DNA of 64,000 bases from Bacillota bacterium (lineage in GTDB: Bacteria; Bacillota; Clostridia; Christensenellales; Aristaeellaceae): the NCBI GenBank assembly GCA_023444095.1, contig JAEZRP010000006.1:1-64000 (forward strand), in the 5' to 3' direction. A program made the translations under genes and the position numbers. How positions within the stretch are numbered: position 1 is the stretch's first letter; every line of letters begins with the position of its first letter. Shown piece after piece: positions 11,037 to 20,110 of this stretch. The notes under the pieces were generated by a model. That model was not told the origin of the DNA and did no database searches. It saw only the letters and a program-made list of their open reading frames with translations.

Positions 11037-12362
11037 TCACATTTTCATTGGTTTTCCGCAGCTCAGCCTGCCCTCGGGACACCTTCCGTCCACGTAGCAG
11101 CTTGGGCCGAATACCCAGAAGATATCCTCGTCGTATTCCTTGAGCAAATCAAGCATCAGGCGCGCCACGCGCCGGATCTCCCACTGCGCGCGGTTACAGG
11201 TGCGCAGCTTGATAAAGTGCAAAAGTTCGCGTGCGTTCATCTCGAGCATGATGTCCGTCACGTGCCCGCTGAGCGCGAGATACGCCATATCGTGTGCCGG
11301 CGCGCCGAGGGTGATGAGCTGTTCCGCCAACTCCGCCTGGCCCGCGAACGCCGCCTCGAAGCGCGCGAGGAGCGCAGGGTCCTTCTTCACGCTTTCGGGA
11401 ACGACGTACTTTCCGTTCGCGAGCGCGTGCGCGGCGTCCGGCACGAGCAGCGAGAGCATCCGGTGGCGCGTGAAGTGCGTGACGCAGGCGAGAGATACGT
11501 TTTTCACCAAGAACTGCGCGGTCAGAAACTCAAGTTCGCGCGGGCGCGCGTCCTGAACGAGCGCCATCATGTTGCGCTCGGAGGCGTAATCCCCGTCCTC
11601 GGGCGCGAACCGGCCCGCGAACGCGATGGCGCGCGCGAGCGCCTTCTGCGGATCAGGCGTCGCGGCGACGAGCTCCGCGCTCCCCTTTGCCGCCCCGCCG
11701 CGCTTCCATTCCGTCGGGAATGGTCTCGCCGCGCACCGGGCGTACCGCGCGCGTTCGGCGGCGATCACGCCGGGATAGAGCAAATCGAACTGCGCCTCGA
11801 GCTGCGCGCCGAGGGCCGCGATCTCAGGTTGCGCCGCGCCCCGTCCGCACGTCATTTCGGAGATGACCGCGATGAGCGTGCGGGCGTTCAAAGTGACGTA
11901 GAAATTGCTCGAGAACGAGTAAGGCAGCACGAAGCGCGCGTCCTCGCGCGGCACGCCCGCCTCAATAAGATCGGCGTACAGCCGGAAAAGCGCCTCCGCC
12001 GACGAGACATACCTTTCCCGCGCCGCGTCCGGAAGGTCCTCCGGCACCAGATAGCCCGCGCCCGAAAAGTCCACGTACCGCCTGGATTTCACGATATAGG
12101 AGGCGAGCCTGTGCTCGATCATGAACTGCTCGACGAGCACGCTCACCCGGTCGAATGCGACCGAGAATGTCTGATGTTCCATCAGCGACTTATGCCCGGA
12201 CGCGAGCACCTTTTTAACGAGCCTCAAATCCTTCTGCGCGTCGGCCGGCCGGTCGAACAGCTCGAGCGCGGAACCCTCCGTGGTCGAGATGCGCGCGGCA
12301 CTCGCCACGACCCGGAGCGCGTCCCTGTTATCCAGTATGATTTTTGCCGTTCCTTCGTACAT
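11037..12362 (-). CDS. Tandem ThyX-like (flavin-dependent thymidylate synthase family) two-domain protein with a Cys-rich C-terminal tail
   Basis: The N-domain carries ...HKSLMEHQTFSVAFDRVSVLVEQFMIEHRLASYIVKSRRYV, which is ThyX-like with SxRY but has EHR in place of RHR. The C-domain has a second ...THFTRHRM... block. The C-terminus is CYVDGRCPEGRLSCGK. The start is at MYEGTAKI with an aaaggggag RBS. Confidence 0.55.
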   Translation of the reverse strand: MYEGTAKIILDNRDALRVVASAARISTTEGSALELFDRPADAQKDLRLVKKVLASGHKSLMEHQTFSVAFDRVSVLVEQFMIEHRLASYIVKSRRYVDFSGAGYLVPEDLPDAARERYVSSAEALFRLYADLIEAGVPREDARFVLPYSFSSNFYVTLNARTLIAVISEMTCGRGAAQPEIAALGAQLEAQFDLLYPGVIAAERARYARCAARPFPTEWKRGGAAKGSAELVAATPDPQKALARAIAFAGRFAPEDGDYASERNMMALVQDARPRELEFLTAQFLVKNVSLACVTHFTRHRMLSLLVPDAAHALANGKYVVPESVKKDPALLARFEAAFAGQAELAEQLITLGAPAHDMAYLALSGHVTDIMLEMNARELLHFIKLRTCNRAQWEIRRVARLMLDLLKEYDEDIFWVFGPSCYVDGRCPEGRLSCGKPMKM

Positions 12363-12582
12363 CTGGCACTCCCCTTTGTTCCGTCTATGATACAACAAAA
12401 CGCCCATGCGCGCAATCGGGAAAACGTTTCACACTTGCACTCTTCCCAATGCGCGCTGCCGTGCATGCGGCGTCCGCATTCGAATCCTGATCGTCCGGCA
12501 TGTGAATCAGAGGCGGACCTTCTGAACGTGTGCGAGGGGCGCGCGCCATCGTCCGTGCGTGCAGGATTTGTGTGGAATAGCC

Positions 12583-13410
12583 CTAGCGTTTCCCGATTTT
12601 TTCCAGATATCGGATCATCGGCATCACCCAGTCGGTCTGGATAATGTCAAAGCCTCTGCGCGCGAGCCAGCCCCAGCCGGCTTCATAGTCCCCCTGCGCA
12701 GAAATGTCGTCCGAGTGCCCCGACGCGAGGACCGCCCTGTGGTTATAGACGATGGCGTTTGCCCACACGAGAAGGCCCTTTTCGTGCATGTCCTCTATGT
12801 ACGCGGGGGACGCGATCGGCGCTTCATCTGTTTCAAACAGCGCCTCGACGCCCGCGTAGCGGAGCTTTCTTTTGAGAAGCGCGTCCGTGCATTCGTCCTT
12901 CTCGCGCGCAACGACCATGTACGGGATGTCCGGCGCGACCTCCTCCACGGCGTCGAAGCATCCGGGGTGAACGAACGTCTTGACGAGCGCCTGATCCTGC
13001 ATGCCGAATGCGCGCACCGCTTCCGCGATCTCGCGCGGCCAGTCCCAGAACTTGTCAATGTTGATGAAGCACCGGCCCCGGAATCGCTCCAGCACGTCCG
13101 TGAGGCGCGGCACGTGAAACTGCGTCGCGGTCCGATCCTGATTGACGAGATAGAGCATATCGACCTCGCGGCTCTCCATCTCGGAAATGAGGCGCGCCGA
13201 ATAGAGGTGCGCGCTCTCCATGCCGGGATGAAAGACGTACAAAACGCCGTCTGCGCTCCTCGCGACGTCGATTTCGATCATGTCCGCGCCCTGGGCGAGC
13301 GCAGCCTCGAACGCGGCCATCGAGTTGCAGGGGATGTTCCCGCCCGCAACGCCGCGATGGGCCGCGACGAGCACTCGGATCCTGCTCGCCTGAATCAGAT
13401 CATATTTCAT
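12583..13410 (-). CDS. Glycerophosphodiester phosphodiesterase (GDPD family)
   Basis: HRG...E.D motifs are present (VAAHRGVAGGNIPCNSMAAFEAALAQGADMIEIDV). The start is at MKYDL with a gaggagg RBS. Confidence 0.75.
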   Translation of the reverse strand: MKYDLIQASRIRVLVAAHRGVAGGNIPCNSMAAFEAALAQGADMIEIDVARSADGVLYVFHPGMESAHLYSARLISEMESREVDMLYLVNQDRTATQFHVPRLTDVLERFRGRCFINIDKFWDWPREIAEAVRAFGMQDQALVKTFVHPGCFDAVEEVAPDIPYMVVAREKDECTDALLKRKLRYAGVEALFETDEAPIASPAYIEDMHEKGLLVWANAIVYNHRAVLASGHSDDISAQGDYEAGWGWLARRGFDIIQTDWVMPMIRYLEKIGKR

Positions 13411-13575
13411 GTGATTCCTCCTCGCATTTTCCATTCTTTCCGCCCCGTCGCATCATCGTTCACCCTCCCGGTCGAATGTTGCGAACGTCACAAACAGCGC
13501 AAGCGGCAGCGCCATGTAGAGCGCAAACACATACCGGAATCCGTAATTGATCGGAACGGACGCCATCAGCGTCAA

Positions 13576-15252
13576 CTAGATGCCCGTGAGGGGCACAAAT
13601 ACAATCCACTTGCGTCGCTCCCGCGCGCTGACGGCGATCCCCATAAGAAGAAGCGTGATCAGAAACACGTTCCCCGCACCGAGCATCGACTTTTTGTACC
13701 CCTGATACCAGGCATCCATCCTCCGCTGCAGCCAATCCGGAAGGATCTGTACGTTTTCGATCCCCAGACCGATCGAATCCGGATTCGCAATATCCGTATA
13801 GTAGCCCTGGGCGTATGCGTGCTCGAAGCTGTCCCAGAAGACGCTCGTCAAAAGCGCGTACGCCTGAATGTAGCTCCCGAGGTTCTTCGGGAGCATCTCA
13901 GCCCATACCCGGAAGAACTCAGCCTTGTTTTGATTGAGAAAGGACCTGCTGAATTTTGCCTTCTGTTCCCATTTCAGCTTGTCAAACGACGTGGGGCTGT
14001 AGTGTTCCAGTATGACCTCGCGCGGAACCACGCGGTAGATGAACGCTTCCTGCTCGTCTGTGATCTCCCCGCCGTTTAACACCGTCATGCAGATCTGCTG
14101 CATGGGAACGGCGATCATCTCCGTAAACTGGGCCTCCCCCTTCACGACGTACCGCATGGCGAGGGCGTTTGATCCATACGGAAGGGCGAGCGTGAGAAAG
14201 GCGACCAAAAGCAATCGGATCCGGTAGCGTCGGACCGAAAACAGCAGAACGAACATCGTGAGCGCCATCACATAGAGTCCGTTATTGCGCAGAAGGGCAG
14301 CAACCGTGCCGAGCCCGACGAGCGCGGCAGAAAATTTCGGACTTTCAAGCTTTTCGCCGCGCGATACCGCGAGATCGCAGAAAAGCGGCAGGAGAAGCAC
14401 CACGGTCGCGCCGAACCAGCCGTCCTTGATTCCCGTCACGGCGATGTTCGCCATCAGCCGCGAGAATGCGAAATGCGCGCAGAACGCGGCGAGGAGGAAC
14501 GTTGGACAACCCTTTTTCGCGAGCCATCGGAGCGCCCAGGCCATTGAAAACGCGACATAACACATCTGTGCGAACGTGTAAAGCGCGTATCCCGCGTTCA
14601 TGTGGCCAAAGAGGCCGTTTCCCGCCATGACGAGACCATACAGGAGCTGGCAGTAGAAGAATGGGTGTTGCGTGCTCATCCCCACAGGGTCTTCGAGGAT
14701 CCAGACCGTGTCGCTGATGCATGTGCCGGGGAAGTAGGTGATCAAAAATCCGCTCCAGGCAAACAGAAACGCCGCGAGCGCGGTGAAAAACACCGCATTG
14801 GGCTTTGCCCTTCCGGCGTTCAAATAGCGCGCGAGCGCGACGTGATCCCTTTCCAGAAGCGAGGCAGCATAGAAGATGACAAGAAAAAAACACAGTGCGA
14901 CGGCGGCAAAATTGGCGACGTCGACGAGGCTGAATTGCGCGACGAGCCGCTGATTCCCGGCGCTCGGACCGTTCAGGTACGCGTACACCTTGGCGCCCAT
15001 CGCAAACGCGCCGCCAAATGCCGCGCCAAACAGCGCCGAAAGGACGACCCGGCTCCCTCGGGCGCGCAGGCGCGCGCCTTTCATGGACAGCGCTCCGCGC
15101 AGGGCGATGAGCGTCGCCCCGCCGATGAACGCCCGCCACCCGGCGGCGACGCCGTCGATGCTCCAAACGCGGATCATCAGCGCGGCCGTAACCGCGTGCG
15201 CGACGCCCCACAGGAGAACCGCGCGCGCGGTCATGCTCAGTCTTTTCCCCAT
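13576..15252 (-). CDS. Large polytopic membrane protein (>=10 predicted TM helices) with a C-terminal soluble domain; possible GT-C-like glycosyltransferase (unconfirmed)
   Basis: A 558-aa protein with many hydrophobic segments, a ~150-aa hydrophilic region (EHYSPTSFDKLKWEQK...) and a final TM. The start is at MGKRLS with an agggagg RBS. Confidence 0.4.
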   Translation of the reverse strand: MGKRLSMTARAVLLWGVAHAVTAALMIRVWSIDGVAAGWRAFIGGATLIALRGALSMKGARLRARGSRVVLSALFGAAFGGAFAMGAKVYAYLNGPSAGNQRLVAQFSLVDVANFAAVALCFFLVIFYAASLLERDHVALARYLNAGRAKPNAVFFTALAAFLFAWSGFLITYFPGTCISDTVWILEDPVGMSTQHPFFYCQLLYGLVMAGNGLFGHMNAGYALYTFAQMCYVAFSMAWALRWLAKKGCPTFLLAAFCAHFAFSRLMANIAVTGIKDGWFGATVVLLLPLFCDLAVSRGEKLESPKFSAALVGLGTVAALLRNNGLYVMALTMFVLLFSVRRYRIRLLLVAFLTLALPYGSNALAMRYVVKGEAQFTEMIAVPMQQICMTVLNGGEITDEQEAFIYRVVPREVILEHYSPTSFDKLKWEQKAKFSRSFLNQNKAEFFRVWAEMLPKNLGSYIQAYALLTSVFWDSFEHAYAQGYYTDIANPDSIGLGIENVQILPDWLQRRMDAWYQGYKKSMLGAGNVFLITLLLMGIAVSARERRKWIVFVPLTGI

Positions 15253-15283
15253 CGATTTCCTCCCTGCATGATTGCCCGCGCCG

Positions 15284-16108
15284 TCAGAACAGGGCCGCCG
15301 AAATCTCCGGCCACTTTTCAATGAGGTAAATCAGCAGCAGATGACCGGGATAGAAGGCGTAGAACACCCACTTGTTGAGCTTAAGGCCCGAGCGCATGGG
15401 GATGTAGATGAACGGGAGCGCCATGATCGCGAACATCTGGATGTAGAAGCTCACTTCGAATAAGGTATATCCGGAACCGTCGAGTCCCCAATAGATCATA
15501 TACGCCGCGACGAGCGGGAGCGAGATATACCAACGATTGATGAACAGGTACAGAAGCAGCATGAGGAAGACGCCCCGGATGCCGTAATCGAGGGCAGAGT
15601 TCATGAGGTATGTGAGGAGCAGGATCAGCGCCGTGATCCAGAGCCGCCGTTCGCGCACCGACCAGATGGCCACGATGCCCACCGCAAGCGAAAGAAGGAT
15701 GCTCGGATCCTTCCAGCTGTAGACGTAGAAATTGAAAATCGCACCGAAAGGATCGATTTTGAATGGGATCGCGGTCATGAGCGGATTTGTATGATGAAGC
15801 GCCAGCACATAGATCGGCTGTGCAATGAGCGCCAGAAGCACGATGCGCTGGAGATATCGCCCCATATTGCGCGTGTAGACGCAGCCAACCGCGATGGCGT
15901 AGGCGTAGATCGGAAATGCGATCCGACCGATGATCCGCATCACGGTATACTGTGTGAAAATAGCCGCGCCGAGATGGTCAACCAGCATCGTGAGCATGGC
16001 GACGACCTTGATGAGGTTGGTATCCTGATTGAGTCCGACTTCCGTGTGCCGGAACGGCCAGTTGCGGTCGAGCCAGCTTTCTTTCTGCTTTGCGGGCACT
16101 TCATTCAC
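15284..16108 (-). CDS. TraX-family membrane protein
   Basis: A 274-aa integral membrane protein; ...KVVAMLTMLVDHLGAAIF... is typical of the TraX family. Confidence 0.65.
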   Translation of the reverse strand: MNEVPAKQKESWLDRNWPFRHTEVGLNQDTNLIKVVAMLTMLVDHLGAAIFTQYTVMRIIGRIAFPIYAYAIAVGCVYTRNMGRYLQRIVLLALIAQPIYVLALHHTNPLMTAIPFKIDPFGAIFNFYVYSWKDPSILLSLAVGIVAIWSVRERRLWITALILLLTYLMNSALDYGIRGVFLMLLLYLFINRWYISLPLVAAYMIYWGLDGSGYTLFEVSFYIQMFAIMALPFIYIPMRSGLKLNKWVFYAFYPGHLLLIYLIEKWPEISAALF

Positions 16109-16758
16109 CCCTTGTATGCGATCAGGCGCTCCGCGTCCGCGCGGCTGATGTGCTTCTCGAGTCTTTGAACGATCATTTCGCGTGAATCCTCCGGTTCCTC
16201 GTCGTAGGCCGCCGTGCAGAGGGCGCCAAACCGCTCCTCCGCAGTCAGATAGACGGAAATCCCCCAGCCGTAAGGAACGCCGTGGCGGTCGCGCCGTCGG
16301 TCGAAGCCCGCGACGGTGATGTAGGTGCGCATCTGAAGCCGCGTCAGCGCGGCCTCGAAGCCCTTATCCCCGTACGCCTTGCGCAGCTCGTGCGAGAGCG
16401 AGACGCCGCCCTCGACGAGCGCGTACAGCCGTCGGTCGCGGCTCAATACGAGCCCGTCCTCCGCACGCGCCTCAAAGTCATAGCCCTCTCGCCGCATGTT
16501 GCAGAAGCGGGGATAGAGGTCGCGCCCGATCAGCCCCGCCTTTCCGGCGAGGACCTTCGCATAGGCGACCTCGCCCGAGGCGGCGAGCTGTTCGCGCCAC
16601 TCCCACGGCCCCTCCACGCCCTCCTTGAACCAGAACTCCTCGGGCGTCATCTCCTGGATGGAGAAGCCCGGAACCTCCGAGCGAAACAGCGGGACGAGGC
16701 CGACCTCGTCGATCAGATCCCGGACGTCCTTCGCGGAGCGCAGCGCGCGCGGACTCAT
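16105..16758 (-). CDS. Hypothetical protein (~217 aa), translationally coupled between the ROK kinase and TraX
   Basis: Both the start and the stop overlap their neighbours by 4 nt (ATGA). Composition is protein-like. I could not assign a family. Confidence 0.5.
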   Translation of the reverse strand: MSPRALRSAKDVRDLIDEVGLVPLFRSEVPGFSIQEMTPEEFWFKEGVEGPWEWREQLAASGEVAYAKVLAGKAGLIGRDLYPRFCNMRREGYDFEARAEDGLVLSRDRRLYALVEGGVSLSHELRKAYGDKGFEAALTRLQMRTYITVAGFDRRRDRHGVPYGWGISVYLTAEERFGALCTAAYDEEPEDSREMIVQRLEKHISRADAERLIAYKG

Positions 16759-17630
16759 TCGAGCGCTTCCTTCGCAATCAGCAGGGAACCCACCGCGCCC
16801 GCGTTGTCGCCGAGGCCGGGATGGACGATGAAGGAGTCGATGTCCTTCGTGACCGCCGGGTGCGCCACATAGCCGCCGAGCTTTTCGAGTGTCTTTTTGC
16901 GCGTGCGCTCGATGAGGTTCGGCTGGTGCATGACGCCGCCGCCCAGGATGATGCGCTTCGGCGAAAGCATGCAGATTGCGCTCACGCACATCTGCGCGAG
17001 GTAGTCCGACTCAATCTCCCATGCCACGTGGTCGTCCGGCAGCGTGCGCGAGGGAACACCCCAGCGGCGGTTGAGCGACTCTCCACACGCCAGGCCCTCG
17101 AGGCAGCCGTCGTGGTACGGGCAGAATCCGTGCGGCGCCGGGTCCATGGGGTGCGGGTTCAAAAGGATGTGTCCCATCTCGGGATGCACGAGTCCGTGGT
17201 GCAGCCTTCCGCCCGCGTAGAGCCCGCCGCCGATGCCGGTTCCGATGGTGAAGTAGACCACGGTGTCGAGCCCTTTCCCCGCGCCCAGAATCGCCTCTCC
17301 CAGCGCCGCCGCGTTGACGTCGGTGTCGATGCCCACGGGCACGTGGAGCGCGTCTGCGAGCGCCTTGCGAAGCGGGTAATCCCTCCATTCGAGCTTCGGC
17401 GTCGTAGTAATCTTTCCGAACGCCGGATCGCCTTCTTCGAGGTTCAGCGGGCCGAAGCTTCCGACGCCCAGCGCGTCGATCGCCCTGTCCTTGAAATAAT
17501 TGGCCACCTCGCGCATCGTCTCGTTCGGTTCCCGCGTCGGGAAGCTCGCCCGCTCGAACAGATTGCCGTGTTCGTCGCCAAGCGCGCACACCATCTTGGT
17601 GCCGCCGGCCTCCAGTGCGCCCAGTCTCAT
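16755..17630 (-). CDS. ROK-family sugar kinase (fructokinase/glucokinase-like)
   Basis: MRLGALEAGGTKMVCALGD...; the typical ROK Zn site (HG...CxCGxxGCxE-like: CPYHDGCLEGLACG) is present. The start has an acggaggg RBS. Confidence 0.8.
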   Translation of the reverse strand: MRLGALEAGGTKMVCALGDEHGNLFERASFPTREPNETMREVANYFKDRAIDALGVGSFGPLNLEEGDPAFGKITTTPKLEWRDYPLRKALADALHVPVGIDTDVNAAALGEAILGAGKGLDTVVYFTIGTGIGGGLYAGGRLHHGLVHPEMGHILLNPHPMDPAPHGFCPYHDGCLEGLACGESLNRRWGVPSRTLPDDHVAWEIESDYLAQMCVSAICMLSPKRIILGGGVMHQPNLIERTRKKTLEKLGGYVAHPAVTKDIDSFIVHPGLGDNAGAVGSLLIAKEALE

Positions 17631-17653
17631 CAGTATCCCTCCGTTTTCGTGAC

Positions 17654-18709
17654 TTAAGCGTGCGATTCGACCGCTTCCGCCATCGCGGCGCGCGCCGCCT
17701 CCATCTCCGAGACGAGCTTGAACTGCGTGCGGCAGCGGTCGAGATTCTGGTTTTCGCGATGGATCTTGAAGTATGCGTCTCCCTGTATGTGGTCCGTGAG
17801 AAACCGGACGCCGCACTCATAGGTCATGAGCCGCGCGCCGTCCGGGAGCGTGGCGATCTCGTTCTCCGTCAGGCCATCCCTGCACGCGGCAAGGTAGCCG
17901 CGCGCATAGGCGTCAAAGAGCGGCAAGGAGAAACGAACCTTCGAAAGATCGCGCTCGTCCTCGGCGGCGGTCGTCGCGCCGAAGCGGATCGAGTCGCCAA
18001 AGTCGTTGCCTGCGAGGCCGGGCATCACGGTGTCGAGGTCAATGACGCACAGCGGCTCACGCGTCCCGGCGTCAAGAAGCACGTTGTTGAGCTTCGTATC
18101 GTTGTGCGTGACGCGCAAGGGGAGTTCGCCCCGTAGAAGCATGCCTGTCATGAGGGCGGCGTCCGCCTCGCGCGCGAGCGCGAAATCGATCTCCCTCTGA
18201 ACGTCTTTCGCGCGACCGAGCGGATCGGACGCGACCGCTTCCTTCAGGAGCCGCACCCGGTTGGGCGTATCGTGAAAGCGCGGGATCGTCTCGTGGAGGG
18301 TCTTTGCCGGGAAGCCGGAGAGCCGCCTCTGGAAGTCTCCGAACGCCCGCGCGCTCATCTCGAAATCAGCCGCCGACCCTGCCGACTCCAGGCAGATGCT
18401 GTCCTCGACGAAGTCGTAGACGCGGAAGTAATTCCCGCCGAATACCGCGTAGAGCGCGCCATCCGCCGTCTTTATGGGCGTGAGTACGTGACGCGGGTCG
18501 GGATCGTGCGCCGCAAGGAAGGATGTGACCGCGCCGACGTTTTCCATGAGCGCCGGCACGTCCTGGAAGATCAAGTGGTTGATTCGCTGGAGAATGTATC
18601 GCCTCTCAGTCGTCGCAATCAGGTACGTCTCGTTGATGTGACCGTTGCCGTAGGGGCGCATTTCGACAACTTCCCCCGCGAGGCGGAACAGGTCTGCTAT
18701 TTCGCGCAT
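17654..18709 (-). CDS. Anomeric sugar kinase, APH-fold (NahK/AmgK-like), paralog 2
   Basis: RVTHNDTKLNNVLLDAGT...CVIDLDTVMPGLAGNDFGDSIRF; roughly 50-65% local identity to paralog 1. The start is at MREIADL with a ggaggga RBS. Confidence 0.7.
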   Translation of the reverse strand: MREIADLFRLAGEVVEMRPYGNGHINETYLIATTERRYILQRINHLIFQDVPALMENVGAVTSFLAAHDPDPRHVLTPIKTADGALYAVFGGNYFRVYDFVEDSICLESAGSAADFEMSARAFGDFQRRLSGFPAKTLHETIPRFHDTPNRVRLLKEAVASDPLGRAKDVQREIDFALAREADAALMTGMLLRGELPLRVTHNDTKLNNVLLDAGTREPLCVIDLDTVMPGLAGNDFGDSIRFGATTAAEDERDLSKVRFSLPLFDAYARGYLAACRDGLTENEIATLPDGARLMTYECGVRFLTDHIQGDAYFKIHRENQNLDRCRTQFKLVSEMEAARAAMAEAVESHA

Positions 18710-19626
18710 GTGTCCCTCCACAGTTCCTCGGGGTATTTTCCGGCGCGCCTCATTTCGGCGATCGCGGAAACGACCTTTTCGAGATCCTCCTTGTACGTCA
18801 TGCCGTACCACTTTTCGTTTGTATCCAGAACCCTGACCGTCGCTTTCTCCTCCTCAATCAGGAGGTTCGGGACGAGCGGCAGAAAATATTCGCACTTCAG
18901 GGCGTTTTGGGGCAGATATTGTTTCAAAAAGGTCGAGAACCGGGATTCGATCTCGTCCATCATGGCGCGTCCGAAGCACCACATGTTCATAGAAACGAAG
19001 GTACCCGCCGGGATAAATGTAAACGTGCTTCCTCCGTCCTCGGAATACCTTGCGCCGCCCTCCGCCGGGAGGATGTAAGTGCGCTCCGTCACGCCGGTCA
19101 GGTTCCCTGCGCCATCGACCGCGCACACGCCGCGCGCGACAGAGCCGTTTTCCGTGAGCGTGTTCTCGATGCGGTAGCCGATCATGGCGTGCTCGCTTTC
19201 CGGGCGCCGGGGGGCCAGGAATTCGTACGCCCTCTGGAACGCGGACAGGCCATAGAAGTCGTCGGCATTGATGACGCAGAAGGAAGAATCGACCGCGTCC
19301 TTCGCGCACAGCGTCGCGTGGGCGGTTCCCCAGGGCTTCGTCCGGCCCGCGGGGATCGAAAAGCCCTCCGGGAGCATGTCGAGCTCCTGATACGCATACT
19401 CGACGGGAAAGACCTTCGCGATCCGTCCGCCGATTGATTCCTTGAACTGTTCCGAAAAGGAGCGTTTGATGACGATAACGACTTTTGAAAAACCGGCGCG
19501 CATAGCGTCGAAGATCGAATAATCCATGATGACGTGACCAAAGTCGTCCACAGGGGTGATCTGCTTGTCGCCGCCGAACCGGCTGCCCATCCCGGCGGCC
19601 AGCACGACGAGCACGGGCCTATTCAT
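18697..19626 (-). CDS. Sugar-1-phosphate nucleotidyltransferase (GlmU/RmlA/MurU-like NTP-transferase fold) with C-terminal extension
   Basis: The N-terminus MNRPVLVVLAAGMGSRFGGDKQITPV matches the (L)xxGxGxR(F) signature of sugar nucleotidyltransferases. Its 3' end overlaps the downstream kinase start by 13 nt. Confidence 0.65.
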   Translation of the reverse strand: MNRPVLVVLAAGMGSRFGGDKQITPVDDFGHVIMDYSIFDAMRAGFSKVVIVIKRSFSEQFKESIGGRIAKVFPVEYAYQELDMLPEGFSIPAGRTKPWGTAHATLCAKDAVDSSFCVINADDFYGLSAFQRAYEFLAPRRPESEHAMIGYRIENTLTENGSVARGVCAVDGAGNLTGVTERTYILPAEGGARYSEDGGSTFTFIPAGTFVSMNMWCFGRAMMDEIESRFSTFLKQYLPQNALKCEYFLPLVPNLLIEEEKATVRVLDTNEKWYGMTYKEDLEKVVSAIAEMRRAGKYPEELWRDTCAK

Positions 19627-19719
19627 TCCATCACCTTCTTACACGTGATAAATCGATTATACCCGCGCGGAAATGTAAAGTCAATGCGCGTTATTCATTG
19701 AAAATACATACTTTCCGGG

Positions 19720-19748
19720 TTGAAAACGTTGTGCTTCCATTATATAAT
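19720..19748 (+). promoter_or_regulatory. Sigma-70 promoter (-35 TTGAAA, 17-nt spacer, -10 TATAAT)
   Basis: TTGAAAacgttgtgcttccattaTATAAT lies 27 nt upstream of the 19775 ATG. The RBS is ggaggg. Confidence 0.6.
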
Positions 19749-19774
19749 GCCCATATGAAATTGGAGGGATTACG

Positions 19775-20110
19775 ATGGCCAAACCGACGACAACCATGGG
19801 CACGGACAAGCGGATGATTCTCGTTCTGATCGCGTGCGGCGCGCTTCTTCTCGCGCTCATCTGCGTATCCGCGTTCGCCTACCAGTGGCACGAAGAGAAT
19901 GTCGACCTCAAAAAGAAGAATCAGACGCTCAAGGCCCTCACGGACCAGTCGACGCTCGACTCCATCACCCAGGAGCTTTCCACGGTGCAGCAGGACCTGT
20001 TCGCCGCGCAGAGCGAGAACGAGGAGTACGAGCGGCGGATCAAGGAGTACGAGTCGATTCTGACCGAAAACGGGCTGATGCCGACGCAAGCCCCAACAGA
20101 GGGCCCATGA
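19775..20110 (+). CDS. Small membrane-anchored coiled-coil protein (hypothetical)
   Basis: A 111-aa protein with one N-terminal TM (ILVLIACGALLLALICVSAFAY) followed by a coiled-coil. Confidence 0.55.
   Translation: MAKPTTTMGTDKRMILVLIACGALLLALICVSAFAYQWHEENVDLKKKNQTLKALTDQSTLDSITQELSTVQQDLFAAQSENEEYERRIKEYESILTENGLMPTQAPTEGP

Noticed and set aside
12559-14079. 506-aa plus-strand ORF
   Set aside because: It is antisense to the GDPD and membrane-protein genes, with Arg/Asp/Val-rich low-complexity composition.
15284-16108. TraX as evidence of a conjugative element
   Set aside because: There are no relaxase, T4SS, integrase or att-like repeats nearby. TraX-family proteins are common chromosomal membrane proteins.
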